Assembly (NCBI RefSeq): GCF_000406145.1
Contig: NZ_CM001976.1
Location: 1,832,061-1,864,060 of the forward strand
Source of the DNA: Dickeya dadantii NCPPB 898
GTDB lineage: Bacteria > Pseudomonadota > Gammaproteobacteria > Enterobacterales > Enterobacteriaceae
Reading direction: 5' to 3'
Length of the DNA stretch: 32,000 nt
Every line of letters begins with the position of its first letter. The stretch's first letter is position 1. Shown piece by piece: positions 23,824 through 32,000 of the stretch. The notes under the pieces are model-generated. The model was not told the origin of the DNA. It worked only from the letters and a program-made list of their open reading frames with translations, and ran no database searches. A program made the position numbers and the translations under genes.

Positions 23824-24104
23824 AAACCATCTATCGCAGTAAAAAGTGGCTGGCCGCCGTCGGTAGCATTCAGCAGTGCGTTCTGTGCGGTGCTTGGGGA
23901 ACCCAAGTCGCACATAGAAATGAAGGTAAGGGCATGGGCATTAAGGCCGACGATTGCGCAACTGCCGCCATCTGCACGGGATGCCACACCGAGATAGACA
24001 ACGGGAAAAACCTGACGCGTGAAGAGCGACGACAGCAAATGGATCGCGCCATCGTCTTGACTATTATTCAGATCGCCCGCCAGGGTCTGGTGGTGCCGAA
24101 GTGA
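23820..24104 (+). CDS. YbcO-like (DUF1364) putative Cys/His metal-binding nuclease
   Basis: 94 aa with CVLCG...HR...CTGCH pattern. Sits directly upstream of the RusA-like gene, as ybcO does in DLP12. ATGA coupling at its start. Confidence 0.5.
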   Translation: MKTIYRSKKWLAAVGSIQQCVLCGAWGTQVAHRNEGKGMGIKADDCATAAICTGCHTEIDNGKNLTREERRQQMDRAIVLTIIQIARQGLVVPK

Positions 24105-24457
24105 AAACCTACAACATTACGCCGATAGGCAAGCCGCGCATGACCCAGCGCGACAAATGGCAAAAGCGGCCACCAGTACTTCGGTACCGGGCGTTTTGCG
24201 ACGAGGTCAGGCTGAACAAAATCACACTGCCGGACGGCGGCTGGCACGTCACGTTCGTCATACCGATGCCAGCAAGCTGGAGCAAAAAGAAGCGTGCGGA
24301 GTTCAACGGCAAACCCCACCAGCAGAAACCCGACAAAGACAACCTGGAGAAAGCCCTGCTGGATGCGATTTTTGATGACGATAGCCGCATCTGGGATGGC
24401 CGGGTTTCAAAAATATGGGGTGAAATAGGGCAGATCATTATATGCGAGGACGCATGA
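24101..24457 (+). CDS. rusA: RusA-family Holliday junction resolvase
   Basis: GKPRMTQRDKW near the N-terminus and the KPDKDNLEKALLDAI acidic catalytic motif. Position is upstream of Q. Confidence 0.65.
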   Translation: MKTYNITPIGKPRMTQRDKWQKRPPVLRYRAFCDEVRLNKITLPDGGWHVTFVIPMPASWSKKKRAEFNGKPHQQKPDKDNLEKALLDAIFDDDSRIWDGRVSKIWGEIGQIIICEDA

Positions 24458-24594
24458 ATCATACCAACCACATCACCGATATCTTGCGCCTCCGCTGGTG
24501 CCGCCTGCGCATATACCGCTACGCCGGCTCGGTCGTCATTGATTACCGGATTCTGCGCAATTATCAAAAAACACTGGTGAGGGCTGGCGCGTGA
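24454..24594 (+). CDS. Small 46-aa protein, positional analogue of ylcG (below the ORF-track cutoff)
   Basis: Manual translation MNHTNHITDILRLRWCRLRIYRYAGSVVIDYRILRNYQKTLVRAGA. ATGA overlap with the RusA-like stop and GTGA overlap with the Q start indicate translational coupling. Confidence 0.5.
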   Translation: MNHTNHITDILRLRWCRLRIYRYAGSVVIDYRILRNYQKTLVRAGA

Positions 24595-25286
24595 ATAATC
24601 AATTTTTGCAGTACGTTCGTGAAGAAATCATGCTGGCTACCGCTGATTTTAGTGGCAGGACAAAAGGCCAACTGGTGGCGCTGGCAGAACAGTTGCAGTA
24701 CACGAACGACAGATACCCACGTAAACGCCAGTTCGTCATCGATCCGGAAACCGAAAAGAAAGTCATGCTGAAAAACCCACCGATACCCGGCAAGCAGTCA
24801 CGCGCAAAAGGGAGCTCTATCCCGCTGGTAATCCCAGTCGAGTATGCAACAGCGTCGTGGCGCCGCGCTATCGGTGTGATTGATGAGCATCAGGGTGCAT
24901 GGTTGCGCTGGAACTATGCAGGCGATACCGATTTTCAACTCCAGGCCATTATTGTCAGATTTGGCTGGGTGGAATTCAGCGAAGGCATTAAAGGGCGACG
25001 CATTGCGAAGAAAACGCGTGAGCGGTTGCGGGCACTGATCTGGCTGGCGGCGCAGGACGTAAAATTTCAGTTGGCAGGGCGCAATGACGACGTTTATCAG
25101 CACGCCGATTTAGCGGCTCTGGCGGGCGTAAGCAAGTCAACATGGTCAGAAACGTATCAGCCGCACTGGCTATCTATGACCCGGATTTTTACTGAAATTG
25201 ATCGCGCTGCGTTGATATCGGTTTCAAAAACACGATCACAGCAAAAATCGACAAATTGCAAATCATGTATTGCAAAACCGAACTAA
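24591..25286 (+). CDS. Late-gene antiterminator Q (probable)
   Basis: 231 aa. Lies between the RusA-like gene and the lysis cassette and is followed by a promoter-like element and two terminators. Family assignment rests mainly on synteny. Confidence 0.6.
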   Translation: MNNQFLQYVREEIMLATADFSGRTKGQLVALAEQLQYTNDRYPRKRQFVIDPETEKKVMLKNPPIPGKQSRAKGSSIPLVIPVEYATASWRRAIGVIDEHQGAWLRWNYAGDTDFQLQAIIVRFGWVEFSEGIKGRRIAKKTRERLRALIWLAAQDVKFQLAGRNDDVYQHADLAALAGVSKSTWSETYQPHWLSMTRIFTEIDRAALISVSKTRSQQKSTNCKSCIAKPN

Positions 25287-25355
25287 ATAGGCCATATTTA
25301 AGTTCACTTTGATATTCTGCCAAAACTTTAAGTGGCGGCAATGAGCAGAGAAGAA

Positions 25356-25377
25356 GCCCGCCTTGCGCGGGTTTTTG
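25356..25377 (+). terminator. First terminator downstream of the late promoter (tR'-like)
   Basis: CCCGC-CTTGC-GCGGG followed by TTTTTGCGTTT. Confidence 0.65.
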
Positions 25378-25453
25378 CGTTTCTGGGGGATCTGAATTAT
25401 GTGACAGCAAAACGGATAGACCTCGGCCGCTGCGAGAAGTGGCAAGAATTCAC

Positions 25454-25484
25454 AGCCTCGGCATTCGCCGGGGCTTTTTTATTT
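25454..25484 (+). terminator. Second terminator before the holin gene
   Basis: AGCCTCGGC-ATTC-GCCGGGGCT (9 bp with one G-U pair) followed by a T-run. Confidence 0.7.
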
Positions 25485-25519
25485 CTACAGCACCGTTCCC
25501 CGCGCGGGAGGTAGAGGCT

Positions 25520-25843
25520 ATGAGAATGCCATACAAACAGGATTTGCTGGCTGCACTGCTGGCTGCAAAAGAGCAAGGCGCGGGCGCGGTTTTGGCGTTC
25601 GTCATGGCCTATCTCAGGGGGCGTTATAACGGCGGTAAATTTCTCCGCACGCTCATTGATGCACTTATGTGCGCAATGATCGCCTGGTTCATCCGCGACC
25701 TTTTGGATTTTGTTGGGCTGAGCACGAATCTGGCATACATCGCGAGCGTGTTTATCGGCTATATCGGCACCGATTCAATTGGCGCCCTCATCAAAAAGAT
25801 CATCAACAAACGCGCGGGGGTTGAGGATGCAAATCAGCAATAA
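25520..25843 (+). CDS. Class I holin, lambda S family, with dual-start motif
   Basis: 107 aa, [39 protein letters not shown]...FIRDLLDF...[10 protein letters not shown]. Nearly collinear with lambda S as remembered. The MRM start mirrors the lambda MKM holin/antiholin dual start. Confidence 0.92.
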   Translation: MRMPYKQDLLAALLAAKEQGAGAVLAFVMAYLRGRYNGGKFLRTLIDALMCAMIAWFIRDLLDFVGLSTNLAYIASVFIGYIGTDSIGALIKKIINKRAGVEDANQQ

Positions 25844-26267
25844 CGGCATTGCGTTGATTAAGAAATCCGAGGGGTGCCGGCTGTCCGCATATCAGGACTC
25901 CGTTGGCGTGTGGACCATTGCATATGGCTGGACTCAGCCCGTTGACGGTAAACCGGTCCGCGCCGGCATGCAGATTGACCAGGCTACCGCAGAACGGTTA
26001 TTGCGCTGCGGCGTTGTTCAGTACGAACAGGCTGTAAATCAACTGGCGAAAGTCAGGCTGACGCAGAACCAGTTTGATGCGCTGGTTAGCTTTGCATACA
26101 ACCTCGGCATTCGTTCCCTGTCTACATCGACGTTGCTGAAAAAACTGAATGCCGGCGATACTGCTGGTGCGGCTGACGAACTCCTGAAATGGAACAAAGC
26201 CGGAAGCCAAATCCTGCCGGGATTGGTGGCGCGCCGCGCCGCCGAACGCGAGATGTTTTTGTCATGA
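25827..26267 (+). CDS. Endolysin, GH24 (T4/P22-type) lysozyme
   Basis: [36 protein letters not shown] carries the catalytic-Glu context. Start chosen at ATG 25827, after GAGG. Confidence 0.9.
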   Translation: MQISNNGIALIKKSEGCRLSAYQDSVGVWTIAYGWTQPVDGKPVRAGMQIDQATAERLLRCGVVQYEQAVNQLAKVRLTQNQFDALVSFAYNLGIRSLSTSTLLKKLNAGDTAGAADELLKWNKAGSQILPGLVARRAAEREMFLS

Positions 26268-26842
26268 ACTGGTCGAAATCAGTTATCGCCGATGTGCTGC
26301 TTTTGATGCTGGCCGGCGTGGCGGCGATGGCGGCGTACTATCACGGCCAATACAGACTGCAATCTGAGCGCGCCGACAAGCTGCAATCTGAGGTCAACGC
26401 TCAGCAGTCCGTTATTTCTCAGCAGTCGCTCCAGTTTCAAAAGTTCAACCAAATCGCAGGCCATGCCAGCCGGCAGGCCATGGCAATCACGGCAAAATCA
26501 GAGGAGCGGCAAATTGTCTACCGCACGATTATCAAAACCGATGCGCCTGGGCGCCAGTGTGTTCCTGATGATGTTGCTGGCCGGCTGCTCGACTACGCGC
26601 ACAGTCTACGTACCGCAGCAGTGCCAGCTGCTCCCGGAGACGCTAACACAGCCGGTGTTACCACCGCTGCCGCCGGCTGCCGACTGACATACGCTCAGGC
26701 CGTTTATTGGCTTGACCCGCTACTGGCCGCAATTGAGCGTGCAAATGGGCAACTGGCGGCGATTCGTGATGTGGAGCATGCAAGAAAAGGTATTAGCGAT
26801 GGGTCGAAAGCAGCCGACGGCGCCGCCGTACAAGCCAGGTGA
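26264..26842 (+). CDS. Rz: i-spanin (Rz-like)
   Basis: N-terminal TM segment VIADVLLLMLAGVAAMAAYY, then coiled-coil. ATGA overlap with the endolysin stop. Contains an embedded lipoprotein ORF. Confidence 0.8.
   Translation: MNWSKSVIADVLLLMLAGVAAMAAYYHGQYRLQSERADKLQSEVNAQQSVISQQSLQFQKFNQIAGHASRQAMAITAKSEERQIVYRTIIKTDAPGRQCVPDDVAGRLLDYAHSLRTAAVPAAPGDANTAGVTTAAAGCRLTYAQAVYWLDPLLAAIERANGQLAAIRDVEHARKGISDGSKAADGAAVQAR
26541..26687 (+). CDS. Rz1: o-spanin (Rz1-like) lipoprotein embedded in the +1 frame of Rz
   Basis: MRLGASVFLMMLLAGCSTT has a lipobox (LLAGC). Pro-rich C-terminus LPPLPPAAD. Lies entirely inside the Rz gene. Confidence 0.8.
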   Translation: MRLGASVFLMMLLAGCSTTRTVYVPQQCQLLPETLTQPVLPPLPPAAD

Positions 26843-27018
26843 TGTGGTGAGAAGGCCATCTCCACCACCGATGCCACCACCGCCACTTTGTTGATTTTAT
26901 AAAATTCTGCAAATGGTGCTAACAAAGCGCCATTGACAGAGTTTTATATAGGTTTTCGCGATCGGGTATTTCGTATATTCCCGGCGGTGCATTTAACGAG
27001 GTAGCGGAAAATTCTGTT

Positions 27019-27657
27019 ATGAGTGACTCAGCAACAAAAAGACCGCGCGCACCGCAGTCATTCATCACACCAGCAGACCCGTATCCGTACACGCGTTTAA
27101 CCCCGGCAAACGATATTCACGACTGGATAAGCGACAACATCATCAGCGATGCCGGTTATTTGCATAACCCCGATCACGTGCATCTGGCGGAAGCTGACAT
27201 TGCGTTTTTGTGGGCATCGAACGCATTCGAGAAAAAGGGGCGCGCCGTTCTCGGCCAGTGTGAAGAGGTGATGATGCGCGCCGGTGGTTGGCAGAAAGCC
27301 AGAATGGAACAGCAGATGCATGAATGGTTCGGGCGCATACCGAAGTTCATCATCACGCTGGCGGCCGACTACTGCTCGCAATGCAGTGACCTCGAGTTCT
27401 GCGCTCTGGTAGAGCATGAGCTTTACCACATCGCCCAGGCCACCGATGATTTCGGCGCGCCGAAGTTCAACAAAGAGACGGGGCAGCCAGTGCTTACACT
27501 GCGTGGCCACGACGTCGAAGAATTCACAGGTGTCGTGCGTCGATACGGCGCCAGCAAAGAAGTACAGGAGCTCGTTGATGCGGCCAATGCGCCAGCAGAG
27601 GTGGCTCACATCGATATAGCCAGGTCATGCGGAACATGCATGCTAAAGCTGGCCTAA
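27019..27657 (+). CDS. Putative phage metallopeptidase-domain protein (HExxH)
   Basis: 212 aa with LVEHELYHIAQ (HExxH) and a C-terminal CGTC. Lies between the lysis and packaging modules. Confidence 0.5.
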   Translation: MSDSATKRPRAPQSFITPADPYPYTRLTPANDIHDWISDNIISDAGYLHNPDHVHLAEADIAFLWASNAFEKKGRAVLGQCEEVMMRAGGWQKARMEQQMHEWFGRIPKFIITLAADYCSQCSDLEFCALVEHELYHIAQATDDFGAPKFNKETGQPVLTLRGHDVEEFTGVVRRYGASKEVQELVDAANAPAEVAHIDIARSCGTCMLKLA

Positions 27658-27689
27658 CAATATGACTGATTATGACAGGCAGGTAATCT

Positions 27690-28169
27690 ATGGCGACACT
27701 GAAAGGTGGGGTCAAAGCCTTCATCGTTCAGTCCCTTGCCTGCTTCGATACCCCATCCCAGGTGGTTGAGCTGGTCAAAAAAGAATTTGGCCTGAGCATC
27801 ACTCGTCAACAGGTCGAATCCCACGACCCGACGAAAGCAAACGGCAGGGGGCTGGCGCAGAAATGGGTGGACATGTTCAATGTCACCCGCGAACGCTTCC
27901 AGAATGAAATCTCCGATATTCCGATCGCCAACAAGGCGTACCGCCTTCGAGTGCTCGACCGTATGGCAACGCGTGCGGAGGGCATGAAGAACCTCGCGCT
28001 TACTGCAGAGATTATCGAGCAGGCGGCGAAGGAATGCGGCGATGCCTACACCAATAAGCACAAGTATGAACATTCCGGCCCGAATGGTGGTGCCATCCAG
28101 ACGATCACCATGAGCAAAGAGGAATACAAATCCGCACGGCAGGAGATGATGGAGGATGACGACTGCTGA
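27690..28169 (+). CDS. terS: Terminase small subunit (DUF2280-like)
   Basis: MATLKGGVKAFIVQSLACFDTPSQVVELVKKEFG resembles remembered DUF2280 small terminases. Overlaps the start of the large subunit gene. Confidence 0.6.
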   Translation: MATLKGGVKAFIVQSLACFDTPSQVVELVKKEFGLSITRQQVESHDPTKANGRGLAQKWVDMFNVTRERFQNEISDIPIANKAYRLRVLDRMATRAEGMKNLALTAEIIEQAAKECGDAYTNKHKYEHSGPNGGAIQTITMSKEEYKSARQEMMEDDDC

Positions 28170-29628
28170 GCAAAGGGCATTTGCCCGTAAGGTTGAATGC
28201 GAAGAGGACGGGCTCTATTACGCTCGCTACTTCTTCAAGCAGCGCACCGGCGGAAAGATGATTGTCGCGCCTCACCACAAGGTGATACAGCAAACACTGG
28301 ACCGCGTCATTGATGGTGAGATTCAGCGTCTGATCATCAACGTCCCGCCGGGGTACACGAAAACAGAGCTGGCTACCATCAACATGATGGGTCGCGGACT
28401 GGCGCTGAACTGCCGGGCCCGCTTCATGCACCTGTCCTATTCGCACAACCTGGCGCTGCTGAACTCCTCAACCGCGCGCGGCATGATTAAGTCGCAGGCA
28501 TACCAGTCCATGTGGCCGATGGCGCTGCGCGATGACGCTGACAGCAAGGCGATGTGGTGGACAGAGCACGGTGGCGGCGTTTATGCGTCGTCAGCTGCCG
28601 GGCAGGTTACCGGCTTTCGTGCCGGGCACATGGAACCTGGCTGGCAAGGTGCGCTGATTATCGATGACCCGGTTAAGCCGGACGACGCTTACTCTGAGAT
28701 CGTCCGCGACGGGGTCAACAACCGCTTTAACGAGACAATCAAATCACGATTGGCGATCGAGACGACGCCGATGATTGTCATCATGCAGCGGATCCACTAC
28801 CACGACCTGAGCGGCTATCTGCTGCGTGGCGGGAGTGGTGAGAAATGGCATCACCTGAATCTGCCGGTGATTATCGATAGCAGCCGCAGTTACGAAGAAA
28901 CTTACCCGGAAAACACCCACGCTATCCCGATTGACCACGGCTTGGCTGATGGCTGGCTATGGCCGTTTAAGCATAACGAATCGCACCGCGTATCGCTGTT
29001 CTCTCACCGGCGCACCGCCGAAGCTCAGTATATGCAGAACCCTAAACGCTTCAATGCGGAGGGAGCACTGTGGAATGAGGAGATGATCAGCGCCGCACAT
29101 GCGATGCGGATCACACTGGAGTTGTCCCGTACGGTAGTGGCAATCGACCCGCAGGCCACCAACAGCGAAGAGAGTGACGAATCAGGGATTGCCGTCGCCA
29201 GTGTTTATGGTTCCGGCGATGAAAGACAGTACAGCCTAGATGCGGATTACAGCGGAAAGTATTCGCCTAACGGCTGGGCTACCAAAGCCATTGAGGCCTA
29301 CGAGCAGCACGAAGCTGATGCGATCGTCATCGAAACCAACCAGGGCGGCGATATGGCGGAAGATACGCTGCGCAATGCCGGGTTCGGCGGCCGCATCATC
29401 CGCGTGCACGCCAGTAAGGGTAAATACGCACGTGCAGAGCCCATTTCCGCGCTTTACGCACAGGGGCGCGTCGCTCACCGCGGCAGTCTCTACGAGGTCG
29501 AAAATCAGTTCATGGAATACGTGCCATCCACTGCGAAAAAATCACCTGACCGCCTTGATGCTGCGGTTTATGCATTAACCGAACTATCAGAACCACAATC
29601 CATTGGCATGTTGGTGCGATCGCGCTGA
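28156..29628 (+). CDS. terL: Terminase large subunit
   Basis: 490 aa. ATPase motifs INVPPGYTKTE (Walker A-like) and LIIDDPVK (Walker B). C-terminal nuclease region VAIDPQAT...DESGIAV. Followed by the portal gene. Confidence 0.85.
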   Translation: MTTAEQRAFARKVECEEDGLYYARYFFKQRTGGKMIVAPHHKVIQQTLDRVIDGEIQRLIINVPPGYTKTELATINMMGRGLALNCRARFMHLSYSHNLALLNSSTARGMIKSQAYQSMWPMALRDDADSKAMWWTEHGGGVYASSAAGQVTGFRAGHMEPGWQGALIIDDPVKPDDAYSEIVRDGVNNRFNETIKSRLAIETTPMIVIMQRIHYHDLSGYLLRGGSGEKWHHLNLPVIIDSSRSYEETYPENTHAIPIDHGLADGWLWPFKHNESHRVSLFSHRRTAEAQYMQNPKRFNAEGALWNEEMISAAHAMRITLELSRTVVAIDPQATNSEESDESGIAVASVYGSGDERQYSLDADYSGKYSPNGWATKAIEAYEQHEADAIVIETNQGGDMAEDTLRNAGFGGRIIRVHASKGKYARAEPISALYAQGRVAHRGSLYEVENQFMEYVPSTAKKSPDRLDAAVYALTELSEPQSIGMLVRSR

Positions 29629-29639
29629 CGGAGGACATC

Positions 29640-31091
29640 GTGACCGAAAGCGAAATGAAACAACAGCGCGCCAGTAACTCCAGTGTTGAGAGGGAGCGGA
29701 ATAAAAACCTCTCAATGCTGTTTAACGGCACCAGTAATACCAAACGCCAGCGGCTCTATCAGGAATTCGGCTACCCGCTGCACCTCACGTTTGATGACTT
29801 CTACCGGGCGTACCGGCGTAATGCGGTGGCTGGTGCCGCTGTGACGCGCATGCTAGACGGGTGCTGGGAAGACTACCCTGATGTCTACGAAGGCGACCAG
29901 ACAAAGGACGCATCGAAGCAAACGGCGTGGGATAAGCGCGTCAACAAGCTACTGAAGCGCTGCTGGGAGCAGATTAAAGGCGCAGACCGTCGTAACTTGG
30001 TTGGGCGTTACTCTGCGATCCTGCTTCAGATTAAGGACAGCCAGCCATGGTCCGAGAAAGTAGATAAGGAAGTCGTTGGACGACTTCAGGAAAAGGCACT
30101 CGTTAAATTAATCCCGGCATGGGAAGCGCAAATTGACCCTGTGACCTGGGACGATAATCCGGACAGTGAAACGTTCGGTGAAGTGACGATGTACTCGTTC
30201 ACCGAATTGCCGGTTGACGGAAACTTTGACGCCCGCCCGGGGCGAATCATCAACGTCCACCATGATCGCGTAATCATCCTGGCCGAGGGCTCTGATGATG
30301 GCGTGATGACGTCGGGCAAATCGCTGCTTGAGGCTGGATTCAACAAGCTGCTGGACATCGAGAAAGTGAGCGGTGGTGCGTCTGAGGGATTCCTGAAGAA
30401 CGCCAGTCGCCAGCTTAACTACTCGTTCAGTGAGAAGACTAACTTCTCCGCACTGGCGAAAGCGCTAGGCGTGGCGGAAGGGCAGCTTGCTGAAGCACTT
30501 GATCAGCAGGTCCGTCGCCTTAACGACAGCACCGACAGCGCCAGTTTTATGCAGGCTGGTACTGCCGAGGTGTTGAGTGTGGCAGCAGCTGACCCAGAGC
30601 CGACCTGGCGTACAGCGCTGAGCGAGTTCTGCGCGACCGTTCCTATCCCTGTGAAAGAGCTCGTTGGGATGCAGACGGGTGAGCGCGCCAGCACTGAGGA
30701 CGCCAAAGGTTGGGGGCGCACCAGGATGAGCCGCCGGAAAGGCTTCCTGACCGACGTAATCACCGATGTAGTTTCGCGATTCTGGACGCTTGGCATCATT
30801 CCACTGGCTCAGAATGAAGAAATCACTGTAGGTTGGTCTGATCTGCTGGCGCCGAGCCAGGCAGAGAAGATTGCCAACATGGACAAACTCGCGGACGTGG
30901 CCGTTAAGTCGACAAACGCGTTTGGACGCTCGGCTATCGAAGAGAACGAAATCCGCGCTGCTGGCGAACTGCAGCCACTGCCTGAGCTTGATGATGAGGT
31001 TCCGCCTGATGGCAACAAACCAAAACCTGATCCTCTGGCCGACCCTCAGTCAGAAGCCGAAAAGTCCGGTGATACCACGGTCGAAAGTTGA
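29640..31091 (+). CDS. Portal protein (DUF1073-like)
   Basis: 483 aa. Sits directly after terL. GTG start after GGAGGA. Acidic C-terminus. Confidence 0.75.
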   Translation: MTESEMKQQRASNSSVERERNKNLSMLFNGTSNTKRQRLYQEFGYPLHLTFDDFYRAYRRNAVAGAAVTRMLDGCWEDYPDVYEGDQTKDASKQTAWDKRVNKLLKRCWEQIKGADRRNLVGRYSAILLQIKDSQPWSEKVDKEVVGRLQEKALVKLIPAWEAQIDPVTWDDNPDSETFGEVTMYSFTELPVDGNFDARPGRIINVHHDRVIILAEGSDDGVMTSGKSLLEAGFNKLLDIEKVSGGASEGFLKNASRQLNYSFSEKTNFSALAKALGVAEGQLAEALDQQVRRLNDSTDSASFMQAGTAEVLSVAAADPEPTWRTALSEFCATVPIPVKELVGMQTGERASTEDAKGWGRTRMSRRKGFLTDVITDVVSRFWTLGIIPLAQNEEITVGWSDLLAPSQAEKIANMDKLADVAVKSTNAFGRSAIEENEIRAAGELQPLPELDDEVPPDGNKPKPDPLADPQSEAEKSGDTTVES

Positions 31092-31098
31092 CCCCACA

Positions 31099-32000
31099 AT
31101 GTCGCGCAAGTCCGTCAGCAAGATGGAACGCGACATTGAGGATCGGTATTACGCGATAAAGTTGGCGCTGAAATCCCTGCTTGACCAGCGCCTGATCGGG
31201 CGAGAGCGAGAGGTAAACAGCCATAACTGGCACTTCCTCTGCCACGACAATGGCGCGGACATGCGGCTCTACCATGTCAACGCCGGCAAGTTCATCTACG
31301 ACATGTCGGCGCAGGAACTGGCTGACCTGCTGGAGGCAGTGCAGGCCATTCTCGATGACCATCTGCTGGAGGGTGGCGAGCAAAACCTGTGGGCGATGGA
31401 TTACGTCGTCGCAGAAGCTCAGCGCGGCACGCTGGAGGCATTCAACAACCTCTCGCAGCAGTCGCAGGTGTACGCCAGCCAGACGACGCTACAGCAGCTC
31501 TTAAGCAGTCCCGGTCACCTTAATCAGGTGGCGGCAGCCAGGCTAACAGCGTTCAGTGACTGGAAGGTCATCAGCGATACAGCCCGCGGAGACCTTACCA
31601 ACATCATCACTGACGCGGTAGCGCGCGGCGTGAATCCTCGCGAGACGGCCAGCGTAATCAGTAAGCGCCTCGATGTGTCGATGTCGAAGGCGAAGACCAT
31701 CGCTCAGACTGAGCAGGTCGGCGCGCTGCGTGAAGCTCAATGGAATGAGACGGACTGGGCTTCCGAGAGGCTCGGGCTGAATACTGGTCTTCTCCATCTT
31801 TCTGCGCTGAAGCCTACCACCAGGACAACGCACGCATTCTGGCATGGAAAGGTCAGAACCGTGCAAGAGGTGCGCGACTGGTATGCAGTAGATGGTAATA
31901 AATACCACTGCTATTGCGGCCAGATCCCGGTGCTGCTCAACGACGACGGCAGCATCTTCAACGAAGGGCTGGCTGATAAGCTGACAGCCGAACGTAAACA
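31099..32000 (+). CDS. Head morphogenesis / minor head protein (Mu F / SPP1 gp7-like), 3' end outside window
   Basis: Manual translation from ATG 31099 is stop-free to the window end: MSRKSVSKMERDIEDRYYAIK...TIAQTEQVGALREAQWNE...TTRTTHAFWHGKV...YHCYCG. Not in the ORF track because it is truncated. Confidence 0.65.
   Translation, partial: MSRKSVSKMERDIEDRYYAIKLALKSLLDQRLIGREREVNSHNWHFLCHDNGADMRLYHVNAGKFIYDMSAQELADLLEAVQAILDDHLLEGGEQNLWAMDYVVAEAQRGTLEAFNNLSQQSQVYASQTTLQQLLSSPGHLNQVAAARLTAFSDWKVISDTARGDLTNIITDAVARGVNPRETASVISKRLDVSMSKAKTIAQTEQVGALREAQWNETDWASERLGLNTGLLHLSALKPTTRTTHAFWHGKVRTVQEVRDWYAVDGNKYHCYCGQIPVLLNDDGSIFNEGLADKLTAERK

Larger units (their letters stand above)
8589..32000. mobile_element. 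Lambdoid prophage integrated at the tRNA-Ser 3' end (left junction in window; right end beyond window)
   Basis: The integrase lies immediately next to the tRNA 3' end. Canonical lambdoid gene order follows: int-xis-recombination-immunity-replication-nin-Q-lysis-terminase-portal-head. Confidence 0.92.

Noticed and set aside
25332-25514. ORF 25332..25514 (+), 60 aa, between Q and the holin
   Set aside because: It spans both intrinsic terminators of the late leader and has no RBS. The sequence is better explained as the PR'-type leader.
26463-26540. N-terminal extension of the embedded Rz1 ORF (track start 26463) and ORF 26712..26894
   Set aside because: The lipoprotein signal peptide begins at MRLGASVFLMMLLAGC (26541), and the upstream 26 codons are Arg/Gln-rich out-of-frame Rz sequence. 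26712..26894 is an alternative frame of the Rz 3' end with Pro-rich nonsense.

Overview
This window looks like an Enterobacterales chromosome segment in three parts. (1) 1-6861, minus strand: a visibly GC-rich orphan T6SS cargo cluster, hcp - vgrG - DUF1795 (Eag-type chaperone) - rhs. A consensus sigma-54 promoter sits upstream of hcp, with two dyad repeats and a perfect CRP-type palindrome further upstream. The Rhs reading frame is broken by an apparent 1-nt insertion near 754-759. The YD-repeat core and the DPxGxxGG core-end motif continue in another frame and run off the window start. (2) 7389-8588: core genes tRNA-Asn(GTT), mtfA and tRNA-Ser(CGA). (3) 8589-32000: a lambdoid prophage integrated into the 3' end of tRNA-Ser. 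In order it carries int and a DUF4224/xis-like gene; a recombination module (Gp157-like plus a Rad52-type annealing protein with a long N-terminal extension); and an immunity region (short CI-like repressor without a peptidase domain, Cro/YdaS-like, YdaT/CII-like). Then come replication genes (HTH initiator with internal iterons, DnaC-like loader, DnaB helicase); a DUF550 protein; a 723-aa C5 cytosine methyltransferase; and a nin-like block (DUF1367, YbcO-like, RusA-like, a 46-aa coupled ORF). Last are Q; the late promoter region with two terminators; a lambda-like lysis cassette (S107/S105-type holin, GH24 lysozyme, Rz with embedded Rz1); an HExxH protein; terminase small and large subunits; portal; and a partial head-morphogenesis gene. 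Five observations stand out. (a) A roughly 0.6 kb ORF-free, hairpin-dense leader lies on the early-left transcript and ends in two terminators. It contains a 20-bp long-range helix and tandem tRNA T-arm-like hairpin/ACCA modules, and may be a cis-acting antiterminator or sRNA locus. (b) An 18/20 consensus LexA box sits in front of a small AT-rich moron gene. With a CI that lacks a cleavage domain, this suggests an SOS-controlled antirepressor and possibly SOS licensing of the nin-Q module. (c) A 17-nt translation-initiation cassette, CCGAGGCAAAACCAATG, is reused at seven early genes. (d) A 14-16 bp palindrome, (C)TGTGACATGTCACA(G), recurs inside coding sequences flanking the immunity region. 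(e) The methyltransferase carries seven tandem PxxTIT-type repeat modules. All functional assignments come from reading the sequence and from remembered family motifs. No database search was possible.
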